Virus record (IMG/VR): IMGVR_UViG_3300025466_000007
Coordinates: 1-34,634 of that record
Direction: 5' to 3' (one strand)
From: a virus
Lineage: Duplodnaviria > Caudoviricetes
DNA: 34,634 nt
Below, in pieces: positions 1-9,570 of the stretch. Below the pieces are notes generated by a model. It was not told where the DNA came from, did not search any database, and saw only the letters and a list, made by a program, of their open reading frames with translations. Both the position numbers and the translations under genes were made by a program. Every line of letters starts with the position of its first letter. Position 1 is the first letter of the stretch.

Positions 1-127
1 ACGCAAAAAAAGGCATACATCATTGCTGATAACAAGTTGGCGATGAATGCTGGATGGGATATGGAGTTGCTCAAGCTAGAAATCAGCGAATTGGAGGACA
101 AAGACTTCAATATTGAGTTGCTTGGAT
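1..127. repeat. Terminal 127-bp direct repeat, left copy (circular assembly overlap)
   Basis: 1-127 is identical to 34508-34634, and the ParB reading frame continues across the junction. Confidence 0.95.
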
Positions 128-360
128 TTGACCCGTCAGAGCTTCAGCTGGATGAGCCAGATTATTCGGTTTTAGACGATGAGGACATCGAGAAACAGCT
201 GGATGACATGGCGCAAGGGGTACGCAAAGCTATTCAAATCGAATTTGAGCCTGACCACTACGATGAAGCGGTACAGCTGGTGAAATACTGGCGTGAGCAA
301 AACGCTTATGTTGGCTACATGATTATGGATTTTCTGCGGAAAGAGAAAAACAAGGCATGA
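1..360 (+). CDS. ParB/Srx-like N-terminal domain protein, 3' part (full gene 34271..34507 joined to 1..360, about 198 aa)
   Basis: Frame 1 from base 1 reads TQKKAYIIADNKLAMNAGWD, continuous with the ORF starting at 34271. The acidic C-terminal region ends in an ATGA overlap with the kinase. Confidence 0.88.
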   Translation, partial: TQKKAYIIADNKLAMNAGWDMELLKLEISELEDKDFNIELLGFDPSELQLDEPDYSVLDDEDIEKQLDDMAQGVRKAIQIEFEPDHYDEAVQLVKYWREQNAYVGYMIMDFLRKEKNKA

Positions 361-815
361 AATGTTATTATTTGGTTGGCTATCACGGATGCGGTAAGAC
401 AACTCAAGCTAACAAGCTAGAAGCAGAACACCCTATTTTTAACTTCATAGGCGGCAAACCAGGATTGGACGCTATCCCTAATGTTCAAACCCTGATGAAA
501 GAGGTCAAATTAAGCAAAACCGATATGTTTATACACGGTTGCATCTTTCAGACCGAGCCGATGCTCAAACGTTTATCCCTAGCAACAGAGCTTCATATCA
601 TCGTTATGCACACTTTCCCCAAAGAAGTCGAAGCAAGGACATTAGCTAGGGGCGCTGACAGCTACAACATCAAAAAATACAAAACTCACTATTCATTTAT
701 TCGCAAATTAAAAATGTGGATAGACGAATACAACTTTCAGGTTCACATCATTGACAACAATAAATCTGTTGAAGACGTGTACAAACAAATTAAAAAAATA
801 TGTGTGCGATCATAG
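357..815 (+). CDS. P-loop nucleotide-kinase-fold protein, putative hydroxymethyl-pyrimidine DNA kinase
   Basis: N-terminal Walker A GYHGCGKTT after a hydrophobic strand, a lid-like RTLARG motif and an NMP-kinase-like C-terminus (IIDNNKSVEDVY). It lies in an operon with an amino acid:DNA transferase. Confidence 0.75.
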   Translation: MKCYYLVGYHGCGKTTQANKLEAEHPIFNFIGGKPGLDAIPNVQTLMKEVKLSKTDMFIHGCIFQTEPMLKRLSLATELHIIVMHTFPKEVEARTLARGADSYNIKKYKTHYSFIRKLKMWIDEYNFQVHIIDNNKSVEDVYKQIKKICVRS

Positions 816-1399
816 GCTTTGTTAGTAAAAACCCTAGTGATGAAGCGATTAAAACGCTGAAAAAGCTGTTTCTTGAGTCAAAAATTAGGGGTAAACACGC
901 ATACGGGTTTGCGGCTAAAGACAAAAACGGCATTACTGCGGTCAAAGAACACAACCTAAAAGCACTTATCAGCCATATTGATGCGCCCAATTTGCTCATC
1001 GGACATTGTCGGTACTCCACCAGCGGGGATTACAAAGATCACGCCAACAATCAGCCAATACAGTTTAAAGACGAATACATGGCATTCAACGGCACGATTG
1101 ACATGAGAACAAAAGCCGAGATGGAGAATAATTACAACATCGTAATGGAAAGCGACAACGATGGCGAAATCATGCTTCAGTCTAAAGACAGAATGCGCTT
1201 ATTAGACGGCAACATAACGTTTGCTGGGCTATTTTTGAAAGGTGATGAAATCACGGCATTCAGAAACGAACACAGACCCGCTTATTGGGCTGTCAAACAC
1301 GATTCACTCTATGTAGCGTCAACAGCCGACATAATGATTAGAAGTCTGCTTAGACCGATACCTCTGACAGCCAATGAGGTCTATAAATGGACGGCTTGA
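800..1399 (+). CDS. Class II (Ntn-hydrolase) glutamine amidotransferase, stand-alone
   Basis: Catalytic Cys2 (MCAIIG), RG motif, GHCRYSTSG, NNQP, FNGTI oxyanion motif and SDNDGE. Confidence 0.88.
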   Translation: MCAIIGFVSKNPSDEAIKTLKKLFLESKIRGKHAYGFAAKDKNGITAVKEHNLKALISHIDAPNLLIGHCRYSTSGDYKDHANNQPIQFKDEYMAFNGTIDMRTKAEMENNYNIVMESDNDGEIMLQSKDRMRLLDGNITFAGLFLKGDEITAFRNEHRPAYWAVKHDSLYVASTADIMIRSLLRPIPLTANEVYKWTA

Positions 1400-2268
1400 C
1401 TGAATACCTCAGTTATCACCGTCAATCCTCACTAGCGGGGGATATTGACCCCCAAAACGATTGTTTACAATACGTTGCCAACAGATTTGAGCTAAATATG
1501 GAACAGCGCTACTGGTTAGCATTCCTATTCGGTACTTGCTACTGCGCCCCAACAGTCTATTACATATACAACGAATTCCCTGATTACAACACTGTAAACA
1601 TTGACAGGCTTGAAAGATGGTGGAAAGCAAACAAAACACGTTTGTTGTTCCAAACCGACAGACAACGGGTGCGGAGCAACGACCAGTTTGTTCAATCTTT
1701 CATTTCATACCGTCAAATTGTGGGGAGAAATCAAGAGGAACACTTCAGTGCGTTCAAACGCAATGACCCCAAGTCTACCTATGTCAATGCGCTGGAAACA
1801 ATGTCTGAGGTGTTTTCCTTTGGGCGGTTCACCATGTTTATTTACCTAGAAATGGTATCGGTGCTTACTAACTGCAAAATGATACCGATTGACCTTGATT
1901 TAAAAAACGCTGAGAGCTGTCGCAACGGGTTAGCATTAGCATTAGACCGAAAAGACTTATTCACACACGTTGTAGACAAAAAGTTAACAAAACACAATTA
2001 TCAAGACCTAAACACGGGACTATTGAAGATAATTGACGAAGTGGCAAAGATGAACATCAACCACAAAAACCTATTTGCTATTGAAACAACTTTATGCGCT
2101 TACAAAAAAGCAAAGCTGGGTAAACGCTTTGTCGGCTACTACATAGACCGTAACAGGGAAGAAATAGAAAAAATGAGCCAAAACATTCCTCAAGGCGTAG
2201 ACTGGAGCGTATTGTGGGATTTTAGAAAGTCTAATTACGACAAAAAGTACCTGAAAGAGCTAACATGA
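1387..2268 (+). CDS. Amino acid:DNA transferase (aGPT-Pplase clade 2, HhH-glycosylase-like fold)
   Basis: DIDP motif, EQRYWLAFLFGTCY, QTDRQR, HhH-like FGRFTMFIYLE and C-terminal IETTLCAYKK...GYYIDR, all characteristic of the family. Confidence 0.8.
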   Translation: MDGLTEYLSYHRQSSLAGDIDPQNDCLQYVANRFELNMEQRYWLAFLFGTCYCAPTVYYIYNEFPDYNTVNIDRLERWWKANKTRLLFQTDRQRVRSNDQFVQSFISYRQIVGRNQEEHFSAFKRNDPKSTYVNALETMSEVFSFGRFTMFIYLEMVSVLTNCKMIPIDLDLKNAESCRNGLALALDRKDLFTHVVDKKLTKHNYQDLNTGLLKIIDEVAKMNINHKNLFAIETTLCAYKKAKLGKRFVGYYIDRNREEIEKMSQNIPQGVDWSVLWDFRKSNYDKKYLKELT

Positions 2269-3047
2269 AACGTGTAGACCTTATCAAGATTGAACATAAC
2301 GTCAAAATCGGGGATGTTTGCGGTCATATCGAACCTAACATAACAGAAGACAGCATATTTTACGATGGCGATCAACCCGTAGGCTTTTACATCAAAGAAA
2401 TCAAGGGAAAGCTCAAACAGCTGGTGGACGTAGCAAACGCAGAGCTACTCAGCGACAGAGTACCCAAAACCGAAATGAGGCGTTCTAGCGGGATGGCTAA
2501 CCCAGCAAACGAAGTAAACCAGTACAGCACCATTATTGGCTCTTGCCCACCAAAACCGCACATGAAACGCCCGTATCCGATGATTTCAGGTGTTCACAAC
2601 ATTAAATCAGCTCAAACTTTTATCAAAGCAATGCTATTGGCGTGTAAGGAATCTGAAGACTTGATAAGGGAAATTACACCAAGCATATTTGACAATCAAC
2701 TTGCCATCATCAACGAAAAAGTACCACCAAAGTTCCGATTTGGCAAATTATTTACGTCAAGCATCTCAAACTTCAACATTCCAGCGCCATTTCATCGGGA
2801 TGCGGGTAATTTAGAGGGATGCGTCAACGTAATCATCGCAAAGAAAAAAAACGCACGTGGGGGAAACACAACCGTACCCGATTACGGGGCAACAGTTGAC
2901 AGCAGAGACAATTCAATGTTAGTCTACCCAGCATGGCGAAACGTACACGGAGTAACACCGATTGTGCCAACTCAAGAGGGAGGATATCGAAACAGCCTTG
3001 TTTTCTATCCTCTAAAAGCATTCAACAACTACTGGGACGAAAAATAA
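2265..3047 (+). CDS. TET/JBP-family 2-oxoglutarate/Fe(II) dioxygenase
   Basis: HxD (PFHRDAGN), distal His (NVHGVTPI) and RxSLVFY (YRNSLVFY) 2OG-binding motif, as in TET/JBP enzymes. Confidence 0.85.
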   Translation: MKRVDLIKIEHNVKIGDVCGHIEPNITEDSIFYDGDQPVGFYIKEIKGKLKQLVDVANAELLSDRVPKTEMRRSSGMANPANEVNQYSTIIGSCPPKPHMKRPYPMISGVHNIKSAQTFIKAMLLACKESEDLIREITPSIFDNQLAIINEKVPPKFRFGKLFTSSISNFNIPAPFHRDAGNLEGCVNVIIAKKKNARGGNTTVPDYGATVDSRDNSMLVYPAWRNVHGVTPIVPTQEGGYRNSLVFYPLKAFNNYWDEK

Positions 3048-3066
3048 TTATTTCCCCTTAATAAAA

Positions 3067-3405
3067 ATGCCCGCACTTCACGTACCTACTGACAACGATA
3101 GAAAGCAAGTCGAAATATCGGCTGGGCTTGGTTTGCCTCACGAACAGATCGGGGCGCTTATCGGCATAGACGACAAAACTTTACGCAAGCATTACCGCAA
3201 AGAATTGGATTTTGGTAAGGCTAAATCAAGTGCCGCTATCGCTAGGTCACTTTACAACAAAGCAATGGGCGGGGATACAACAGCAATGATTTGGTGGACA
3301 AAAGCCCAAATGCGTTGGTCTGAGACAGTCAAAAATGAAGTAACAGGCGCTGATGGCGAACCGTTTGACATTCAGATTACCTTTGTAAAGCCAAAAGATG
3401 AGTGA
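3067..3405 (+). CDS. terS: Terminase small subunit
   Basis: HTH (EQIGALIGIDDKTLRKHY), GDTTAMIWWTK and EVTGADG tail; overlaps the terL start. Confidence 0.8.
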   Translation: MPALHVPTDNDRKQVEISAGLGLPHEQIGALIGIDDKTLRKHYRKELDFGKAKSSAAIARSLYNKAMGGDTTAMIWWTKAQMRWSETVKNEVTGADGEPFDIQITFVKPKDE

Positions 3406-4705
3406 AGTAGTCGAATACGACAAAGACGCTATTGGCAGATCACTTGCCAAAATTGAATTTCCGTTAAAGCTGGAATGCCTATTTAACCCGCCTCAAGCAC
3501 GTTACAGGGTACTTTGGGGTGGTAGGGGCGCATCTAAGTCTTGGAACGTAGCAAGGGCACTTCTCATCAAGGGATACAAGAAACAACTGAGAATACTTTG
3601 CGCCCGTGAATATCAAACATCCATTCGAGATTCTGTACATAAGCTGTTGAGCGATCAAATCATAGCTATGAACATGGAATCGTTCTATGAGATTACCCAA
3701 AACAGCATCAGGGGGCTGAATGGCACGGAGTTTGCATTTGTAGGTCTCAAAAACAACGTTGCAAACGTAAAATCATATGAAGGTATTGACATTTGCTGGG
3801 TGGAGGAGGCACAAAGCGTTTCAAAGTTTAGCTACAACGTACTCATACCGACAATACGTAAAGAAAACAGCGAGATATGGATAACTTTCAACCCTGAGCT
3901 GGAAACAGATGAAACGTATCAGCGCTGGGTAATTGCTCCACCAGCTGGGGCTGTTGTACAAAAAATCAACTGGAGCGACAACCCTTGGTTTCCAGAGGTG
4001 CTAAAACTTGAGAAGGACGCACTCAAAGCACGTGACCTTGAGGCGTACAACACGGTCTGGGAAGGCGTTTGTCGTCAAACAGTTGACGGGGCTATATTTG
4101 CAAAAGAGCTACAGATGGCAGAATTGGACGGACGCATTACCCGTGTGCCTTACGATGCAACCAAACCCGTCCATGCGATATTCGATTTGGGTTGGAGTGA
4201 CGCAACAGCCATATGGCTACTACAGTTTATTGGAATGGAAACAAGGATAATTCGGTACATAGAAAACAGCCAACAAACCATTAGTTGGTATTTGTCTCAA
4301 TTACAAACATTCGGGTATGTATATGACACACTTTGGTTGCCTCATGACGCTGAGAACAAAACGTTGGCTGGAAATGGTCGCAGTATTGAAGAAATTGTCC
4401 GAGCTTCAGGCTACAAAACCCGTATAGTGCCAAGAGTGCCTGTTGTAGATTCAATCAATGCCGCCCGTACAATATTTTCAAATTGTTATTTTGATAGAGA
4501 AAATACGCATCAAGGGTTACAATGCCTCAGACATTATCGCTATGAGGTAGACCCTGAGACGGGAATGTTCAGCAAAACGCCTCTACACGATCAATACAGT
4601 CATGGTGCTGATGCCTTTAGGTATATTGGGCTGATGATAAACGAACCTAAAAAACCTATTAGACAAAAAGCAACGATGCAAATACCTACAAGTTGGATGG
4701 GATGA
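3398..4705 (+). CDS. terL: Terminase large subunit (PBSX/Terminase_3 type)
   Basis: Walker A GGRGASKS, CARE, Walker B ICWVEEA, TFNP, and nuclease motifs DLGWSD and HGADAFRY. Confidence 0.95.
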   Translation: MSEVVEYDKDAIGRSLAKIEFPLKLECLFNPPQARYRVLWGGRGASKSWNVARALLIKGYKKQLRILCAREYQTSIRDSVHKLLSDQIIAMNMESFYEITQNSIRGLNGTEFAFVGLKNNVANVKSYEGIDICWVEEAQSVSKFSYNVLIPTIRKENSEIWITFNPELETDETYQRWVIAPPAGAVVQKINWSDNPWFPEVLKLEKDALKARDLEAYNTVWEGVCRQTVDGAIFAKELQMAELDGRITRVPYDATKPVHAIFDLGWSDATAIWLLQFIGMETRIIRYIENSQQTISWYLSQLQTFGYVYDTLWLPHDAENKTLAGNGRSIEEIVRASGYKTRIVPRVPVVDSINAARTIFSNCYFDRENTHQGLQCLRHYRYEVDPETGMFSKTPLHDQYSHGADAFRYIGLMINEPKKPIRQKATMQIPTSWMG

Positions 4706-6822
4706 TTATGGCAAGTACATACACAGCTGAAGAATTTGATGAGCGTATAACAGAAGCACAAGAATACCTTAGACTTGCTTCAGACGCTGATTCCAACAAC
4801 CGTCAAGAGGCGCTTGAAGACCTCAAATTTGCCGCTGGAGACCAATGGCCTGTCGAGATTCAGAACAGTCGTACATTGGAAGCAAGACCTTGCCTGACAA
4901 TTAACAAGATTGACCCCAACGTAAGGCAGATTACCAATCAAATTCGTCAGCAAAAACCCCGTATGAAATGTCATGGGATGAACAACGATTCAGACAAAAA
5001 GGTCGCAGACATTATTTCGGGGATATTTAGGCATATTGAAGTTCAATCGGATGCTGACCAGGCTTATGACAACGCAAACGATTTTCAAGTGCGTATGGGC
5101 TGGGGTTATTGGAGGATTGTTACCGATTACATCAGCGAAGATTCGTTTGACCAAGACATCTACATTAAGCAGATTACAAACCCTTTCACCGTTTACTTTG
5201 ACCCAAATAGCGTAATGCCAGATGGTTCAGACTCTGAAAAGTGCATGATTACAGAGGTAATCTCGAAAGACGTATTTAAATCTATGTATCCTGGAGCGGC
5301 AACAGACGGAGCTGGGTTCAACACTAGGGGTACGGGCGATTCAAACCCTGATTGGGTGATGCGTGAGGATATTCGTATTGCTGAATACTTTTACACCAAG
5401 CGGGAACAAGTCAAATTGTTACTATTGGCTGATGGACAAAAGTTTTATGAAGACAAATTGCCTAAAGAATTAAAGCCTTACGTTGTCGATTCAAGAGAAA
5501 CATTACGTAAAACAATTCATTGGTGCAAACTAACAGGAATGCAAATACTTGAGGAAGGCGTTTGGGCTGGTAAATACATCCCAATCATTCCTGTGTACGG
5601 TCAACAGCTGATAGTTGAGAACAAGCGCAAAAAGTACGGGCTAGTCAGAATGGCTAAAGACCCCCAGCGCATGTACAACTTTTGGACTACTGCGTTAACA
5701 GAATCAGTAGCACTTGCACCTAAAGCAAAATGGTTGCTTGCTGAAGGACAAGACGAAGGTCACACAGAAGAATGGGCAAACGCCAATATTAAAGCGTATC
5801 CAGTATTGCGCTACAAACAAAAAGATATTGACGGAATGCCCGCACCCCCGCCAATTCGTCAGCAACCTGAGCCACCGCCAACAGGTGTTATGGGTGCAAT
5901 GGAGGTCATTAACAATGATCTGAAGAATGTTTTGGGCGTATTTGACCCAAATCAGCTACCAACAGGCAACATTTCAGGAAAAGCGTTACAAGGTCAGCAA
6001 CAGCAGATCGACATGACGAATTTCCATTATTACGACAATTTCACAAGGTCGTTGCGCTGGACGGGTAAGGTAATATTGGATTTAATCCCCAAAATTTACG
6101 ACAAAGAGCGTGTTGTACGCATCATTGGTGAAGACGGCAAACCCGATTTGGTTACGGTAAATCAAAGAGGTCAGGACGAAAATGGCATCGAAAAAGTGCT
6201 AAACGATGTCACCGTGGGTGAATATGACGTTGTGATGGATACTGGTCCAGGGTTCAACTCTAAACGCCAGGAAGGTGCGGAAATGATGATGGGTCTTTTC
6301 ACGGCTGACCCCGCATTGCTTCAAACTGCTGGTGATTTGCTGTTCCGCAACATGGATTTTCCTGGGTCTGACATTATTGCAGACCGTCTTGCCGCCGCAA
6401 ATCCGTTGGCTCAAATTGACGACAAGTCTAACGTGCCGCCTCAAGTACAAATGCAACTGGCGCAAAGTCAGCAGACAATTCAACAGCTACAACAGCAACT
6501 TCAGGTTATGCAAATGAACCTGAAATACGGTTTAAGCGTCAAACAAATGCAAGAACAGGCTGAAACTAGCAGAGAATTGATGCGTCAAACTAACAAAGCG
6601 CATGAAGTCGAAACAATGGCGCAAGTTAAAGTTGACGATCAAAACACACGTGCTACCACGGCTCAGAACAAAATTGAGATTGAAGCGTTCACGGATTTGC
6701 TGTTACATCACATGGATACAAGGCGTTTGGAACAAAAGCTCAAAATGGAAAACGAACAACAAGCAAAAAATGAAGAGAAAGCAAACAAAGATGTTGAGGC
6801 AAATCAACCTCAAAATACTTGA
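4702..6822 (+). CDS. P22-like portal protein
   Basis: About 700 aa after terL, with GDQW, RPCLTIN, KDPQRMYN, SGKA and a Gln-rich C-terminal barrel helix. Likely start is the ATGA overlap at 4702 (or 4708). Confidence 0.92.
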   Translation: MIMASTYTAEEFDERITEAQEYLRLASDADSNNRQEALEDLKFAAGDQWPVEIQNSRTLEARPCLTINKIDPNVRQITNQIRQQKPRMKCHGMNNDSDKKVADIISGIFRHIEVQSDADQAYDNANDFQVRMGWGYWRIVTDYISEDSFDQDIYIKQITNPFTVYFDPNSVMPDGSDSEKCMITEVISKDVFKSMYPGAATDGAGFNTRGTGDSNPDWVMREDIRIAEYFYTKREQVKLLLLADGQKFYEDKLPKELKPYVVDSRETLRKTIHWCKLTGMQILEEGVWAGKYIPIIPVYGQQLIVENKRKKYGLVRMAKDPQRMYNFWTTALTESVALAPKAKWLLAEGQDEGHTEEWANANIKAYPVLRYKQKDIDGMPAPPPIRQQPEPPPTGVMGAMEVINNDLKNVLGVFDPNQLPTGNISGKALQGQQQQIDMTNFHYYDNFTRSLRWTGKVILDLIPKIYDKERVVRIIGEDGKPDLVTVNQRGQDENGIEKVLNDVTVGEYDVVMDTGPGFNSKRQEGAEMMMGLFTADPALLQTAGDLLFRNMDFPGSDIIADRLAAANPLAQIDDKSNVPPQVQMQLAQSQQTIQQLQQQLQVMQMNLKYGLSVKQMQEQAETSRELMRQTNKAHEVETMAQVKVDDQNTRATTAQNKIEIEAFTDLLLHHMDTRRLEQKLKMENEQQAKNEEKANKDVEANQPQNT

Positions 6823-6847
6823 CGCTTGAGTAATTTCGGGTTATATT
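6819..6847 (+). promoter_or_regulatory. Sigma70-like promoter for the scaffold/capsid genes
   Basis: TTGACG-17 bp-TATATT, followed by a leader hairpin CTGGTG-aggca-CACCAG (6861-6877). Confidence 0.6.
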
Positions 6848-6901
6848 GCCCTAAACCTTACTGGTGAGGCACACCAGCACAAAATCGGAGCTTGAGAAAT
6901 C

Positions 6902-7801
6902 ATGGCTGATAGAGAAGCAAGTAATGTAATCACCAGCGAAAATTCAGGTGAGTTTTATGCCAATAAACTTGGTTTAGCAACTGAAGCGCCTACTGAGGCT
7001 GTTGTCGAGAATACTCCAACAGAGCCAGTAGACACAAATCAGGCGAGTGAACCAAAGGCAGATGACGAGCCTAAAACGACAGAGGATGGAAAGCCTAACC
7101 CCAAAGTCAAAATGCGGTTCGATGAGGTAACTAAAGCCAGAGATATGGCACGTCAGGAAGCTGAACGTGAGCGTCAAAGGGCTAGTGATCTTGAGAAGCA
7201 GATTGAGGAACTGAAAAAAGCCAATAGTCCTACACAGACTTTTGACACAGACGCAGAACCTCAACCATCACAATTTGCAGATGCGTTTGAATACGCAAAA
7301 GCGCTGAGTGAATGGTCTGCTGAAAATGCTGTTAAGCAAATGAAACGGTCTGAAGCAGAGGCAAAAATTGCCGCTGAACGTGCAACAGTAATTGAAGCAT
7401 GGCAAAAGCGACAAACTGAAGCTAAAGCTGAGATACCCGATTATGAAGATGTAATTTCATCCTCAGAATTGACGGTAAGTGACCAAGTAAGGGATGCGAT
7501 CATTGAAAGTGATGTTGGACCAAGAATCTTATATCACCTTGCTGAAAACCCCGAAGTTGCTGAAGCATTGTCCAAGAAATCCGTAACAGCCGCATTGAGA
7601 GAAATTGGAAGATTGGAAGCACGGTTTGAACGTAAAGACGAACCCACAAAGCCTGTTGCAACGAAATCGAACGCACCCGCACCGATTAAACCATTGAAAG
7701 CAAGTTCAACCGTAGCTGATGTGAGAGTTGATTCAAACGGTCAATTTCACGGTACATATCAGCAATGGAAAGAATCACGCAGAGCTGGTAAGATCAAGTA
7801 A
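6902..7801 (+). CDS. Scaffolding protein
   Basis: Lies between portal and coat; acidic disordered N-terminus, coiled coil, PAPIKP motif and basic C-terminus. Confidence 0.8.
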   Translation: MADREASNVITSENSGEFYANKLGLATEAPTEAVVENTPTEPVDTNQASEPKADDEPKTTEDGKPNPKVKMRFDEVTKARDMARQEAERERQRASDLEKQIEELKKANSPTQTFDTDAEPQPSQFADAFEYAKALSEWSAENAVKQMKRSEAEAKIAAERATVIEAWQKRQTEAKAEIPDYEDVISSSELTVSDQVRDAIIESDVGPRILYHLAENPEVAEALSKKSVTAALREIGRLEARFERKDEPTKPVATKSNAPAPIKPLKASSTVADVRVDSNGQFHGTYQQWKESRRAGKIK

Positions 7802-7833
7802 CGGTAACAAACAATTTTTCATAGGAAATAATC

Positions 7834-9081
7834 ATGTCAAATAATTTATTGACGATATCGAAAATCACCAATGAAGCACTTATGGTGCTAGAAAATGAGT
7901 TGACTTTTACGTCAGAGGTCGACAGAAATTACGATGACCAATTTGCGGTTGTCGGGGCAAAGATTGGTAATACTGTGAACGTCCGCAGACCTGGTCGTTT
8001 TATTGGTACTACTGGTCCAGCGCTTAATGTAGAAGACTTCAACGAAACAAGCGTACCTGTCACACTTTCCACGCAATTCCACGTAGACACTCAATTTACT
8101 ACACAAGATCTTGCATTATCTTTAGATATGTTTAGTGATCGTGTATTGAAACCAGCTGTTGCCGCTATTGCTAACAAGATTGACAGAGACGGTTTAAATA
8201 CTGCGTTGTACAACACAGCTAACATCGTTGGTGTTGCTGGTACGCCCCCAACAGGATTGATTACCTTCCTGACAGCGGGTGCTTATCTTGACGCTGAAGG
8301 CGCACCACGTGATGGCAGACGTTCTTGTATCATTGAACCCTTTACAAGCGCAACAATCGTTGACAGCTTAAAAGGTTTGTTCGTGCCACAAGAAGCGATT
8401 GGTGAGCAATACCGCAAGGGGCTAATGGGCAGGGACAGCGCAGGGGTTAATTGGAAATTAGACCAAAACGTTGTGTCACAAACCTTTGGTTCATACTCAG
8501 GCGTTTCACTTCAAACTAACACAACAACCTTTACTGGTTCGTTGACAAGTGGCTGGTCACAATTCTCCACAATCACAATCAACACAGCGTCTAGCACAGC
8601 TACATTGAACGCTGGTGACGTGATTCAGATTGCTGGTGTATATGCGACTAACCCACAAAACCGTCAAGCATACGGCTCAGGCAAATTACGTAACTTTGTT
8701 GTTATGAGTACAACTTCTGTTGGTACTGGCGGTGCTTCCGTTCAGGTTTCTCCAGCGATTATTACTGGCGGTCAATTCCAAAACAGTATCATCATTGGTT
8801 CAACTTCCACAACAGCGGCAGTTACTCCATTCAACAACACAGGCACATTAAGTCCACAAAACATAATGATGCACCGCAATGCGTTCACGCTTGCAGTAGC
8901 TGACCTTGAGTTGCCTGAAGGTGTACATTTCGCTGGTCGTGCTAGTGATAAAGAAGTCGGTTTGTCAATGCGTGTAGTACGTCAGTACACAATTAACAAC
9001 GATTCAATCCCAACACGTCTTGATGTGCTGTATGGATGGGCACCACTCTACCCTGAGTTGTCTTGCCGTATTGCCGCTTAA
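7834..9081 (+). CDS. Major capsid protein, P22 coat family
   Basis: KIGNTVNVRRP, an inserted beta domain (LNAGDVIQIAGV) and C-terminal HRNAF...RLDVLYG. Confidence 0.93.
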   Translation: MSNNLLTISKITNEALMVLENELTFTSEVDRNYDDQFAVVGAKIGNTVNVRRPGRFIGTTGPALNVEDFNETSVPVTLSTQFHVDTQFTTQDLALSLDMFSDRVLKPAVAAIANKIDRDGLNTALYNTANIVGVAGTPPTGLITFLTAGAYLDAEGAPRDGRRSCIIEPFTSATIVDSLKGLFVPQEAIGEQYRKGLMGRDSAGVNWKLDQNVVSQTFGSYSGVSLQTNTTTFTGSLTSGWSQFSTITINTASSTATLNAGDVIQIAGVYATNPQNRQAYGSGKLRNFVVMSTTSVGTGGASVQVSPAIITGGQFQNSIIIGSTSTTAAVTPFNNTGTLSPQNIMMHRNAFTLAVADLELPEGVHFAGRASDKEVGLSMRVVRQYTINNDSIPTRLDVLYGWAPLYPELSCRIAA

Positions 9082-9102
9082 TCAACCTAAAGGAAATACA
9101 AA

Positions 9103-9549
9103 ATGAGTAATCCAGGACCAGCAACCACAGTATCGGCTCACCCAAGTAACGTCACAACGAACCAAGCGTTGCGTCTTATCGGTGTAGCCAAAGGCGTTAA
9201 CCTTAATGCTGTAGCATTTACGCCAGTACCAGTTGTTAACTCAACTGCTTATTTGCCAAAAGAAATGATTGTTACCAACGTGAATAACGCTGGTGCGGTT
9301 GTGGCTTTGTCAACAACAACAGCTTTAGGTATCACAACTACAAACGCTGGTTCACCATCCAGTTTGTTTGGAGCTTTGACAACTGCTCAAATTGCGGCTC
9401 TTTCAACATCCGTGTTGGGAACTGCTTATGTTGATTCAAGTTCAACCAGCTTGTCTTATCAAAACCAAACTCTATACGTTGATGTAACAACTGCGTCAGG
9501 CGCAACTGGTACAGGTGATGTATATGTGTATGGTTACGATTTCAGCTAA
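9103..9549 (+). CDS. Putative capsid decoration/cement protein
   Basis: Beta-rich small-residue protein directly after the coat gene, with a strong RBS and a following terminator. Confidence 0.55.
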   Translation: MSNPGPATTVSAHPSNVTTNQALRLIGVAKGVNLNAVAFTPVPVVNSTAYLPKEMIVTNVNNAGAVVALSTTTALGITTTNAGSPSSLFGALTTAQIAALSTSVLGTAYVDSSSTSLSYQNQTLYVDVTTASGATGTGDVYVYGYDFS

Positions 9550-9570
9550 TCGGGGCTGATTCCATAGGAG

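Noticed and set aside
1387-2268. Interpretation as an ordinary DNA-repair glycosylase
   Set aside because: The motifs and the kinase/TET context fit the amino acid:DNA transferase family better, although this needs HMM confirmation.
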